A stretch of DNA of 64,000 nucleotides from the human T2T-CHM13v2.0 reference genome, Homo sapiens. The position numbers were made by a program, and so were the translations under genes. Below, piece by piece: positions 1-17,489 of the stretch. Every line of letters starts with the position of its first letter. The first letter of the stretch is position 1. The notes beneath the pieces were generated by a model. The model was given only the letters and a program-made list of their open reading frames with translations. It ran no database searches and was not told the origin of the DNA. The stretch is taken from assembly GCF_009914755.1 (NCBI RefSeq), contig NC_060939.1. The stretch is one strand, 5' to 3'.

Positions 1-889
1 AAATTTGAGGTATTGACTATGTAAAATCTTCACATCATCTTCAAACATGATGTTTGAAGAATAATATATATTGTGAAGTGAAAAATTCTTGCTAAGAACA
101 TATGTGTTACCTCACACAGTTATTTTTCGTGGCAAGAACACTTTACATCCACTCTTTCTTCATTTTTCATAATGCAATTTATTGTTAACTATAGTTACCA
201 TGTTGTACAATCTCTTGATCTTTTTCTTCCTATCTAACTGAAATTTTGTACCCATTCACAATCATCTACCCATCCTCATCCCCTACCACCCTTAGGCCCT
301 AGTACTCACCATTCTACTTTGTATTTATATAAATGAGCTTTTTTAGATTCCGCTTACACATGGGTTCATGTGGTATTTGTCTTTCTCTTCCCGGCATATT
401 TCATTTAACATATTGTCATGCAGATACATTCATTCTGCCTCCAATGACAGTAATTCTCCCTTTTTAAGGCCGATAATATCCTGTTTTGCATATACACTGC
501 ATTCTTTTTATCCATTAATCTGTTGATGGGCACTTAGGTTGATCCCATATTTGGCTATTGTGACTAATTCTGGAATGAATGTGGGAGTGCAGATATCTAT
601 CCAACACACCGGATAGTCAATGAAATCTCCCAAGGCAGATTTTATTACCTTTGGATATATACCCAGTAATAAGACTGCTCGATCAAAGGGTAATTCTATT
701 GTTTTTTTTTTTAGGATCCTTCACAATTTTTCCCATAATTACTATATTGTACTAATTTACATTCCCACCGACAGTACACATGTTCCCTTTTCTCCCTATC
801 TTTATCAACACTAACTTTTGTCTTTTAAAATAGCCATTCTAACAAGTGTGAGATGATATCTCATTGATTTAAATTTGCAATTGTCTATG
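1..889 (-). mobile_element. L1MA-type LINE-1 3' portion (L1MA8-10-like), 5'-truncated, inserted in an older L1M (890-1022)
   Basis: Antisense L1MA 3'UTR/ORF2-end motifs (ttaactatagttaccatgttgtacaat; ggatatatacccagtaat; atctcattg..tttgca). Confidence 0.8.
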
Positions 890-1022
890 TATGTCTTCAT
901 ATTTATACAGATTTCCAATATACAAGATATAACGGGGACTTGTTTTTAGATCTACTCTGACAATGTGTCTTTAATTGGTGCATTTCAACCATTGCTACTC
1001 AAAGGGATTACTGACATGGTTG

Positions 1023-1356
1023 TGAGAGGTGAGGCCAGCTGGACTTCCTGGGTCGAGTGGGGACTTGGGGAAATCTCCTGTCTTACAGAGGATTTTAAAA
1101 TGCACTAATCAGCGCTCTGTAAAATGCACCAGTCAGCAGGATTCTAAAAGTAGCCAATTGAGGGGAGGATTGAAAAAAGGGCACTCTGATAGGACAGAAA
1201 TGGAACATGGGTGGGGACAATAAAGGAATTAAAGCTGGTAACCCCAGCCAGCAGCCACAATCCGCTGGGGTCCCTTTCCACGCAATGGAAGGTTTGTCTC
1301 TTCACTCTTCACAATAAGCCTTGCTACCGGTCACTCTTTGGGTCCATGGCATCTTG
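1023..1356 (+). mobile_element. LTR12-family (ERV9) LTR fragment, 3' end missing
   Basis: Starts TGAGAGGTGAGGCCAGCTGGACTTCCTGGGTCG; repeated aaatgcac(c/t)aatcagc CCAAT units. Confidence 0.8.
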
Positions 1357-1473
1357 GACTAAGAGTCCAAGGTCAGTTCAACTTGGTGGAGCAAGCTGGC
1401 AGTTAGATGAAAAATATACACAGACTTGCTGCAGCTGTACAGATGACGAACGTAGAACTCAAAAGATGATGGA

Positions 1474-1883
<410 letters not shown>

Positions 1884-2097
1884 TTATGTCCATGTCTCCT
1901 GCTAACAGTAGATACTTGATTAGAATGGAACAGAATGTTTACCTGATTTTTACTTATAGCACCTGGAATGCTAGTAGTAAAATGTAAGCCCTTTGGAGAC
2001 AGAAAATTTTTCATTTCTGTGTTTTCAGAGCCTAGGATAATTCCTCTGACCTCACTGGTGAGAATACGTAGGTGTTAAACTAATGCACAGATTAAAC

Positions 2098-3060
<963 letters not shown>

Positions 3061-3179
3061 ATAAACTGATTTGTGTATGAAGAATGGAGCTTACAGCTCA
3101 GACAGCAAATCAATCCTTATTGACTCAGTTTTCAACTTCATCTGGATTACCAGATGCACAGTGTGAAAATAAGTCATTT

Positions 3180-3365
3180 GCCAGCCTGAGCAACATAGCA
3201 AGAGCCCGTCTCTATAAAAAGTGTAAAAATCTAGCTGGGCATGGTAGTGACCGTCTGTTGTCCTAGCTACTCTGCAGCCTGAGATGGGAGCATCACTTGT
3301 TACAGTGAGCTGTGATCATGATCAGGTCACTGCACTCCAATCTAGCTACTGAGTGAGCCCTTGTC

Positions 3366-3442
<77 letters not shown>

Positions 3443-3603
3443 CCAGGCGTGGTGGCAGTCACCTGTAATCCCAGCTACTCAGGAGGCTGAGGCAGGAGAA
3501 TCGCTTGAATCTGGTAGGTGGAGGTTGAAGTGAGCTGAGAGTGCCACTGCACTCCAGCCTGGGCAACAGAGCGAGACGCCATCTGAAAAAAAAAAAAAGA
3601 AAT
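3180..3603 (+). mobile_element. Partial AluJ plus a second Alu right arm, separated by a microsatellite
   Basis: Two Alu right-arm segments (3180-3365, 3441-3603). Confidence 0.85.
3364..3440. repeat. Compound (CT)n(AT)n microsatellite
   Basis: Direct reading. Confidence 0.95.
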
Positions 3604-3605
3604 GC

Positions 3606-3700
3606 ATATAATATATATAGTATATATATACTATATATATCTATATATAAAATAGATAGATATATATACTATATATAAAATATATAGTATATATATATGA
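3606..3700. repeat. Degenerate (TA)n low-complexity tract
   Basis: Direct reading. Confidence 0.9.
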
Positions 3701-4349
3701 AAATAAGTTATTTGTATTCAAAGCATCAAATAAAATTTTGTTTTAGTTTTCTAAAAAAATACAAGTAACATATATAGGCATGCTGTTTTTCTTCTTATAT
3801 GTGACTACATTACTTTAGTATGTAGCAAATATCATTTGCTAGCTGTAGTAAATGTGCATTGTCACATTTTGTCCAATTTTGTTCAAACTTTAATCAAATG
3901 CCTAAGAATTTAAAATTACCTTAATTTTGTAGAAGCAAATCACAGCTTATCATTTTAGATGTTTTACTTACTTATGAGTCTACTATTTCCCACGTTACTG
4001 CTGTTTCTGGCCTGCCTGTGGCAGTATTGCCATTCACTGGAACCTGCTTCCATAGGAGGAGCATCCTGATGTGTTTAGGAATACTAAAATTCAGATCATT
4101 CCCCATCAGAGTTGTCTATTCTGTTTCTCCCTCTCATCCCCATAATGAATGCATACATTCTTTCTGTTTGTTTGGTAATTATTGGGTCATTTAAAATGAA
4201 GACTATGAAATGAGAACAGAACCACTGACCAAAATGTACAACTTTTTAAACGTACCATGGGGAAGAAAGGTCGAGAACCTATGCGCGGAGTATGTTACTA
4301 ATCCAGAGAGAAAGTATATTTAAAAACAACCTGAGTGGTCAGGAAGTCA

Positions 4350-4457
4350 ATTTCTTTTTTCTTTATTTTTTTAAGAGAGACAGGGTCTCGCTTTGTTGCC
4401 CAGGCTGGTCTTGAACTCCTAGGCTCAAGCCATCTTCCCTCTTCGGCCTCCCAAAGG
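4350..4457 (-). mobile_element. FLAM/Alu left-monomer fragment
   Basis: gagacagggtctcgctttgttgcccaggctggtcttgaactcc. Confidence 0.85.
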
Positions 4458-4501
4458 GATCAGTTTCTGAAGTGAGATGAGTGAGTTGATTCCTTGAGCA
4501 T

Positions 4502-5650
<1,149 letters not shown>

Positions 5651-5898
5651 AGCATGAATAGAGATTTCAAGCTACAGAAGGAAGCAAAGGACTACCGAGA
5701 GGTAAAGATGTCCAAAGGTAACTCTGGCGAAAAGAATGAACTCCTTGTACAGCTGTGAATGGGAGTTTGGGCAAGCGTTAAGTCTGAACCTACCTATAGG
5801 TGGGACTCTTAACCATTTTATATTTATGCAGAGCGAGTAAATGGAAAAATCCCGTGGAAAAACACTAATCATATATTGCGACTTGAGGGGGCTACAGA

Positions 5899-6196
5899 TT
5901 TTTTTTTTTTTTTGAGGTGGAGTCTCACTGTGTAGCCCAGGCTGGAGTGCAGTGGCTGCGATCTTGGCTCACTGCAAGCTCCGCCTCCTGGGTTCACGCC
6001 ATTCTCCTGCCTCAGCCTCCCGAGTAGCTGGGACTACAGGCGCCCACCACCATGCCTGGCTAATTTTTTTGTATTTTTGGTAGAGACGGGGTTTCACCGT
6101 GTTAGCCAGGATGGTCTCGATCTCCTGACTTCGTGATCCACCCGCCTCGGCCACCCAAAGTGCTGGGATTACAGGCGTGAGCCACCATGCCCGGCT
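5899..6196 (-). mobile_element. AluY-type
   Basis: Antisense Alu; flanking gggggctac repeat (TSD). Confidence 0.95.
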
Positions 6197-6258
6197 TGGG
6201 GGGCTACTGATTTAAAGAAAGAAAGATTAAAAGGATTTTGATGCAATAACTCTTTAAA

Positions 6259-6865
<607 letters not shown>

Positions 6866-8591
6866 AACTCTTTAATTTTTAAAATTGGGTTTCTGGAGGT
6901 GATATCCATCCTTTTCCAGTACACAGTTTATAGAGTTTCAACAAATACATACTGTCATGAAATTACCACCGTAATCAATGTTTCCCATAGTGGCCACAGC
7001 TTGGGAAATCCTAACAAAGGCTTTAGGCTTCCTGGCCTCTGCTGCCATGACCCTGTAGAAAGAATGGATTACGAGATTCGTTCCCACCTGCCCCTCCCTG
7101 GGTCTCAGATCTTCCCTATCTATCAGATAAGGATTGGATTGAGCTGGTGTAGCCAGTTTGTCTGTCCCTGTGCTGAGGTTACTACTTCTGCTGGCACCCA
7201 AAGCACTTGTTATAGATCTAAACAAGTTGATTTCAGTCATCCAGTCCAGCAAGGGAGGACATGTCCTATATAAACTTGATGTGCCTGATAACATAAGCCA
7301 CCCCACTGGAAGTATCAGATGTTTCCCGCACTACTAGAGGGTTCCTAGCACCCTGGTCCTCCCTGATCCTGTCCCCCAACACTGTGAGATCCCATAGAAA
7401 GTGGGGGTCACCTTGGGGAACACTGCCATAAAATTAGAGTTAGGGGGCCCTTTCTGGGGTTTTATGGTGGCCTGAACCACAAACCACCCCCAAGAACATG
7501 CACTTTGAAGAGAAAAGGAAAAAGAATGGTAGGGAACACTGAGGTTGGAATTTCACAGGAACAGCCTAATTAGCCAGCTACCTGGTCCACCTCCATCCAC
7601 ATCAAGCTCAGTGTTTCCCAACATGTGCTGCAGTGCCCCATTTCCCATGCATTGGAGTGTAGTGTTTAGTGTTCATACTACTAGATAGAAGTACCGCCTC
7701 CTGAGCAGGCCTTCTTGATGTCCTATCTTCAGTTGCTTTGGCTGTTCCATTGTTCAGTAGCTCCATTGGCTTGCAGATGACAGGGTGCATACAAAGCCCA
7801 TCATATTCCATGAGAGCATGGCCATTGTTTTGCTGGTCATGTAGTGAAGGATGCTTCTTGGTGAGACTGAGGTCCTCTGGGGTGTTCAAAATCATGACAT
7901 AAGTTCTCCTCAATAACAGCAATGGTAGTATCAGCATCCACAAGCGTGCATATTTTTTGTCCTTTCCAAGTAGCAAGCTGTTTTGATAGTCTTTGTCCCC
8001 ACAAAGAGGCTCTTTAAATATTCTAGTCACTCAATTGCCATTCCCTGATGAGGTATGTAGGCTGTCAGCAACGGCCCACACATTGGTGAAATGCAGGAAG
8101 ACCTGGTGGTAGGGGTGGCCTGCATGGTCATCACAAATGCGTGTTGTTTGGTCCACTGGGCAAATTGCCAAGGTTTATTCTGACAAATGATGATGACAAC
8201 CACAGCCTAACAGACCCCATCTGCTCTGTTGTTTCACTGAGCCATCAGTAAACCATGCCACACCATCAGCAGGCTTGTCTTGGAGCCTTAGGCTCCAGAC
8301 AGCCATGGGAGGAGCCAAAGCACACCCAGTGGTTCTCTTGGTGTCTTCTAATTAGCTAGCCATTTGTTCACGGAGCCTGCTGGTCACATGTGGTCCTAGC
8401 TGGGCCTGAACTTGAATGCACCACTTCCATTTGATAAGTGAAGTCTATGGAGCCTGTCTAATTTTATTGGTTGAGCTTGTGAGCCATCCAGAGAGAAATG
8501 GCAGTTCAGGTTGCAGAGTTTCATCTGGCATTCTGGCCACGAGGTGCCCAGTCCAAAACAGTACCCAATATCAAGTAAGGATTGCCATTTA

Positions 8592-8908
<317 letters not shown>

Positions 8909-9378
8909 GAGGGATATTTGGTGGCTGCCTGAGGCAACTTATGTGTCCAAGATCTGAGAGGCTGGTACACCCCAGTGTCAGTTTTCTGTTGCCAGAGACA
9001 TCCATCACTGTGCATCAGGTTGCACACAACTGTGATTTCATCTGGCTAGCACATTTAAGGTTTAAAAGGAAGTGCCTGAGACACAAATTGTTGTAAACCT
9101 GCTGCTGCAAAGGGTTCCATTCAAAGTGTGTGGCTTTATTGGTTACCTTGACTCTGGGTGCCAGAAGAACCCCCATGTGAGATGCATGTTGTCTCCAGTA
9201 CCCAAAGCGACCTAACCAGCTGCCAGGCCTCCTTTGTATCCGTGAGTGCAGCCAGGGGCTTGCCTGTATCTGGGATACTGTTTTGGCTTCTTGCTCAGGT
9301 AGCTTTGGCATTCATTGTGCCCATGGCCTTTTTGACCAGCTAAACTGGGCTGTTACATTGTGACAGGTGGGTTGTCAC

Positions 9379-9667
9379 TTTTTTCTTTTTTTCGAGACGG
9401 AGTCTTGCTCTGTCACCCAGGCTGACCTGGTGCGATCTTGGCTCTCTCTAACCTCCGCCTCCCAGGTTTAAGCACTTCTCCTGCCTCAGCCTCCTGAGTA
9501 GCTGGGATTATAGGCGCCCACCACCATGCCCTGCTAATTTTTATATTTTAGTAGAGACGGGGTTTCACCATGTTGGCCAGGCTGGGCTTAAACTCCTGAC
9601 CTCGTGATTCACCCACTTCAGCCTCCCAAAGTGCTGGGATTACAGGCATGAGCCCCCACGGCCAGCC
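9379..9667 (-). mobile_element. AluS inserted in ERV pol
   Basis: Full Alu; TSD ggttgtcac. Confidence 0.95.
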
Positions 9668-10698
9668 GGTTGTCACATTTTTATCTGTAACAAGTAAATC
9701 CAGAATTAATAAAATAGTGTCATTGTTCCATTTAGTATGCAGTACCACTTTTTTTAATGATTCAGTGCGGCTTGGGTAGCTTAGGTAACAGGCAGGAGTG
9801 GATACGGCCCACTATTGTGTCTTAGTTCTTAGCTGTGAGGGGGCATAATCTTCCAGGACATCAATGCCTATAATGCACTCAGGGTGGGAACCAGAGCCAC
9901 CTGCATAAAAAGTTGCTCACAGGGCTCTACCCACAAGTACATAAGCATTGTGTGCAGATAAGCATCACGGGCCACCAGTTTGTTCCCAAACCTCCCAATG
10001 TCATCCGTTTAATTATTCTCCTAAAAGGACCCAGAAACATTGTCATGTGGGTTCCGGTATCCAAGCACCTGAGAAAAAACTGAAGTCTTCTCTTTTCTCC
10101 TCTTATCATAACAAGGGTATAAGGCCAGAGGGCTTCAGTAGGGACCTAGAGGCCTTGGCCCCATTCTTAACTGTGTCAATCAGACCAAGACACTTAGGTG
10201 GCAGTGTTCCTTTATCAAACACTCACAATAGCCACACTGCGTAAGATTTCCCTGGTCTTCCTCCTTATCCTTTCGAGCCTGACTCTTCCCATCTTCTGGG
10301 CTGACATTGTACGTGTTAGTTCCTCTCATGCCTCAGGGACCATACAAGGACCTCTCTCTAGTTTCTTCTTGGGTGCCTCAGGGGCTGTCTGAATACTCAC
10401 CATTCAAGCTCTTGGGCCCTGACAATAAGGGATCACATAAGTGCCCAGCACCTAGGGGACCTTGAACTATGATCTGCTGTTTCCACATTCCTTTCTCTCT
10501 GTCTCAGTCCATGCAGCCAGCTCACTTACATCTGTGGGGAGGAGAGTGACATGTCCCATTTACCACCCATCCTTATCCATAACTCATCCAGGTACATGTC
10601 CAGCCCCTGTGCTCCTGGGCTGATGTCTCTGCCTTGGGCTGAGTACTGGGTGGTATTGCCCCTCCCACTTTGCCAGAAAGCCATGTTTCTCTGACCGA

Positions 10699-10716
10699 AC
10701 CTTACCCACTGCACCA
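10699..10716 (-). other. Putative primer-binding site of the ERVL element (TGGTGCAGTGGGTAAGGT)
   Basis: TGG-starting 18-mer right after the LTR; partial similarity to tRNA-Ser 3'-end complements. Confidence 0.5.
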
Positions 10717-10717
10717 A

Positions 10718-11370
10718 TTTTTCAAAGCAGGTTCACCAATTACCAATTCTGAGGGAGGACTCCACCACACAGAGGACAGCAAAGGTCATCACTATACCAG
10801 CCATCAGGAATAGGAGTCCAGACACTTCTACCCACTGCATCCTCCGCTGCAGTGCTACAACTGCCTGAGAGCAGTGAGACAGAACACATTCTCAGGCAGT
10901 AAGTTAAAGGATGCACATTTATTATTTACAGATAGGGAGAAAGTCTTCCTTCAAAAGAAGCCTAGGCTCCATTCTGAGCTCATCCCCAAAGGCTCAAGAA
11001 GGGTTCCCAGGGCAGATGAAGTCTGGATTGCAAATGCCCCCCTTTCACACAGCTGAGGAAGCCCAAAAGGCAGCCCACCCTGGGTTACATATCTCAGGGC
11101 AGACATGGCGCATTGAGCAAAGCTTTAAGGAAATACTGCTTTCAGGGCAGAGAGGAACAAACCCCAGCTCTCCTGGACAGTCCCTCCCTAACTAAAGATG
11201 TGACATTCCTTAGGAAGGGCCAGAACAAGGCCAGGGTTGTTCCAGACAGTCCCTCCCTAGCTCAGAATATTGCATTCCAGGCTGATGCTACACTTATTCT
11301 TGACAAATTAAAACTGAGAAAATGGGAATAATTGAATCCATCCAAGGCCACCTGGAGGACTGTTTTGCAT
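10718..11370 (-). mobile_element. 5' LTR of the ERVL element (MER54/MER74-like)
   Basis: Minus strand starts tgcaaaacagtcctccaggtggccttgga; ggaatgcaatattctgag motif of this LTR group. Confidence 0.65.
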
Positions 11371-11609
11371 TTTCACCCCAAAAGTTCCTTGTAGTAGTCT
11401 TCCCACCATATTTAGTTTTGGAAATTATTGATATCTATCTCCATAACTTTGCCTTTTACAGAATGTCATATAAATGAAATCATTCTGTATGTAATCTTTC
11501 AGTAACACTTTCGAGATATGTCATGTTTACTGTATCAATGGTTTGTTTCTTTTTGAAACTGACCTGTGCTATATTCAATGAATGTACCACAATTTATTCA
11601 ATTGTTTAT

Positions 11610-11727
11610 GTTTTTTTTTAAGACAGAGTTTCGCTCCTGTTGCCCAGGTTGGAGTGCAATCCTGCAACCTCGGCTCACTGCAACCTCCACCTCCTGGGCT
11701 CAATGATTCTCCTGCCTCAGCCTCTGG
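11610..11727 (-). mobile_element. Alu right-arm fragment
   Basis: Antisense Alu 3' part. Confidence 0.85.
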
Positions 11728-11812
11728 AGTACTCATCATTTTTATTAATATAAAATGTTATAAATATGGATAACTTGATGGATATTTGTGTTGAGGTATT
11801 ATATGGTTACTA

Positions 11813-12523
<711 letters not shown>

Positions 12524-12646
12524 CGTATGATTCACTTTACAAGAAACTGCCAAAATGTTTTCCAAAGTGGCTATCATTTTGCATCCTAACAGAAAATATG
12601 GGAATCCCCGTTACTCCACATCCTTACCAGCACTTGGTTTGGACTC

Positions 12647-12702
12647 TGTGTGTTTGTGTGTGTCTGTAGTGTGTGTGTGTGTGTGTGTGTGTTTGTGTGT
12701 GT
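12647..12702. repeat. Interrupted (TG)n microsatellite
   Basis: Direct reading. Confidence 0.9.
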
Positions 12703-13047
12703 GCATGAGTAAATATATGTGTATATATGTATATATATCGACTCTTAATAATTCCAGTAGGGACATAGTGGCACCTTACTGTGGTTTCAATAATTTACAT
12801 CTTCCTGCTGATAATGGCATTGAATAAAACTCATTAACTTGTTCGTCATCCATATCTACTATTTGACTGTCACTCTTCTCATTTCAAAAAATGTTTATTG
12901 TTGTATTATTAAATTTAACTATGTATATGTATAATTTTGATATGACCTACATCTGTTAAGTACCGAAAATATTTTTTTCTGAGCCTGTGCCATCTCGTCT
13001 TTCTCTTAACAGTGTCTGTCAAAGAGCAGCATTTATTTTAATTTTGA

Positions 13048-13422
<375 letters not shown>

Positions 13423-13857
13423 TAACACAAGGTCATAAAGATTACCTACAGTATTTTCCTTAGAAATTTTATGTGTTAAGGATTTACATTTATATCTGTG
13501 GTATTTTGAATTAATTTTATATCTAGTGCAAAAAAGGGTGAAGAGTTTTGTTTTGTATTTTGGCATATGAATGCTCTGTTGTTTTAGGAGCTTTTGCTAC
13601 AAATACTCTCCTTTCTTCAATTCAAGAAAATTGAATTTCCGTGGCACATGAGTCAAAAACCTACCAACCATATATGTATATGCTATAATGCTCCAGTTAT
13701 CTAAATATTTATCCTTATACATATCCATATATGAATATGCATATGCTATACATACATACATATATGTATTTGCTATACTGTTCCATTTATCTATTTATCC
13801 TTACACCAATACCACACTATCTTGACTAATACCACATTATATTAAACTTGAAATAAT

Positions 13858-14163
<306 letters not shown>

Positions 14164-14343
14164 CGTGAAATAAGTAGTGAGTCCCCCAATATTGTCCCTT
14201 TTCTTCTAAATTGGTTTGGCTATACTAATTATTTAGTTTCTTACATAAATTTTGGAATCTACTTCTCAGTTTCTAAAAAAAATATAAAAAATCAGCTGAG
14301 GATTCTACTGAATGTATAGATAAATATGTAAGAATTGACCCTT

Positions 14344-14646
<303 letters not shown>

Positions 14647-15759
14647 TTAATATTGAGCTTTCCAATCCATTAAATTGGTATATCTTTATATTTATTTAGA
14701 TTTTTTTGAATATCTATCTGATCAGCATTTTCTAATTCCCAGAGCACACATTTTGCACACATTTTGTCAGGTTTATCTCGAAGTATATCACGTTTTTATG
14801 CTATTATAAAATACATTTTAACTTCTATAGTCAATTTTTCATTATCAGTATAAAGGAAGTCAACCGATTTTCACTCACTCATTTTTACAAACTAAGCAAA
14901 TCTAGTGGCAGCCATGTGGTATATACATTGCTACTTGTGAGGGATGGATAAATGAAAAACATTTCTCCTTTATTTGAGGCATTTGTCAAGCAGAGATATG
15001 AACAAATAGGCAATGCAAATCAGAGGGGTTGTAGTAGGGAATGTGCATTATTCTGTGGAAATCCACAAAATGCATGGGCATACAAACCAAATTTAAATAG
15101 TCATAGAAGGAATCCTGCAGGAAGTAATTTATGATTGAATAAAGTAGCTGAAAACCATGCAAATTAGAATTAGACAAGACAAAAGAAGGATTAGTATTCA
15201 GGTAGAGACCAGGGTGTGTCTACAAGTCAACATTTTTGAGACATCACAGGGAGAGTAACAATTTCAGTACACTGAAGGAAGTTAGAAATCTATGTCAGGG
15301 CTAGATTTTTAAGAAATTTTGTTCTGTGTCAATAAGTTAGGATTTTTATAGTTTTCTAAGGTTCTATTCAGCTACTATGGGGTCGACTCAAGAATACAGC
15401 TGTTGTAATTGTTAAAATGGGAATTTGGGAGTCTTTTGAATTTGAAAGAAAAAACAAATGTGCGGGATTGAGGCTCAGACCCTGTACAGGCAAAGAAAAA
15501 GTTAAAAGTGAGGAAAATGAGAGACAACATAAACTCTGGGAAAAGTGTTCACAAAAAATTTTAGTATTTTCAGGGTAGAAGCTCCTCTTGATTGAGTCAT
15601 ACCTTCCTGCGAAAGATACAAAGTCAGAAAAGAAATCCTCTACCTAGAAAACGACATTTTGGCACCAAGCATAGGTTACTTTCATGCCTTAATTTCACCT
15701 TACCAGCATTTCAAAATACCTGCTACACTGTGGTTTGAGGAATGAGACTACTATGCTCA

Positions 15760-15775
15760 CAGCGCCACCTAGCAT
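15760..15775 (-). promoter_or_regulatory. CTCF-like motif (CAGCGCCACCTAGCAT on +)
   Basis: Matches reverse CTCF core AGGTGGCGCTG; paralog kept at 45981-45996. Confidence 0.5.
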
Positions 15776-15892
15776 CAACAGAAAGGGAGGCCCATGGCAA
15801 ACTTAATAACAAGAGGCGGGAAAAAAAAGGTGAGGCCCAGGAACCGGAAACTTAATTTGAGCAGGATTTTTCTTATATTTATTTAAAAACTA

Positions 15893-16208
<316 letters not shown>

Positions 16209-16579
16209 TCAGTGGTGAAATGCAATCCATAACCATTCCCAGTAAACACTCAGCGAGTCCTGGCCCATGCCCACTTTTCCTGTCATTTAACGCAAGGGTT
16301 AAATATCAAAGTGAATCCCATTATGCTAATTGATTTACAAATACGGATGTATAGGAGTGTGATACCCTGAGCGCAATCATACTTCGGATATAACTGTAAA
16401 ACGACTTCAGCTGACTTTGCAGTGTTGCAGTGTCACATTAAACCCTAAGTTGTTTGTGTTTCCCTACACATCACTCTCCAGGAGCATTATAGTTCAGAAG
16501 ATTAGAGTAATTTCTTAGACTAAAGCCTTGATGGGTTATTATTACATAAAACGTTTTCCACTCTGATGGAGAAGTCAGG

Positions 16580-17040
16580 TGCATTCGCTCATGTCTCCGT
16601 GGCAGGGCCGGGACTCCTGGTCCCCCGCGATTCTGAGCGGTGCCTCACAGCCTAGGTCCTCCAACCTCACAGGGCGGCCCGCAGCAAATGCGCCACTGTC
16701 CGGTGCGGCCAACCAGCTCGTGGTGCGCTGTGGGAAGGTCACAGGACGGAGCTGGGGGGCGGGGGCGGCGGCGGGGGCGGGGGCGGCGGCGGGGGCGGGG
16801 GCGGCGGCGGGGGCGGGGGCGGCGGCGGGGGCGGGGGCGGCGGCGGGGGCGGGGGCGGCGGCGGGGGCGGGGGCAGATCCTATTTGCGCCTGCGCGGGAC
16901 TGGAGGATTCGGTGTTGCCCTTTCCCCCTGCTATTTCCGTTTCCGCGCTTCAAGCGGATCTCTTCCGGTTATGGCGCCCGCTGGGAGTGTCTTATCAGCC
17001 GCTTATACCGCGGAAACTTTAACCTGCGTTTTCCCGTAAA
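16580..17040. promoter_or_regulatory. CpG-island promoter-like element P1
   Basis: CpG-dense island in AT-rich flanks; GC boxes, NRF1 TGCGCCTGCGC (16885), tandem ETS TTCCGTTTCCG (~16935), CTTCCGG, YY1-like ATGGCG (16971); order suggests a + strand TSS near 16920-16960. Confidence 0.75.
16755..16874 (+). repeat. Perfect GC-only 18-bp VNTR (GGGGGCGGGGGCGGCGGC) x6 plus 12 bp
   Basis: Direct count: 120 bp, no interruptions. Confidence 0.98.
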
Positions 17041-17489
17041 ATTTTCCTCTCTAGGTTTCGTATCATTGTCTTGTTTCTTACTCTTGTATTAACTTTGTTT
17101 TAACCTAAGGTTTCTCTTTCCCAAAAACTGTGGTGTTTCTTTACAACCTCTTTTTATAGTTATATAAACATTGCAAGAACCATGATTTTATATTCTTCCT
17201 TTTCAGTATTAATAACTTCAATGTCTTTTTTGGCATTTGTCTGAAAATTTGAAATATTTTTCAATTTACTGAACTGATTATCGTTTTGTAAATATCGGAT
17301 ACTACTTTAATCATTTGTGTATTGGCCTTAAGATTCTCTATTTTTAACTCTTCCACCAACATACCTTTAATCTGAGAGGTGTTGTAGGGGCTTCAAGATC
17401 AAACTTTCCCCACAGTCTCTATTTTCATTATAAAATACCGTGTTTTAAGAAAAAATGTACAAGGTTGAAAGAAGTTTCACTACTACGTG

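Noticed and set aside
16312-16332. Overlapping Staf-like and octamer-like motif (TCCCATTATGCTAAT) suggesting an snRNA-type distal element
   Set aside because: No PSE or snRNA body downstream, and it is not conserved in the P3 paralog
16579-17092. 147/150/102-aa ORFs across P1 and the 140-aa ORF across P3 (46835-47257) as genuine CDS
   Set aside because: They are open because of GC richness and the stop-free VNTR, and begin upstream of the likely TSS; kept only as context for the VNTR finding
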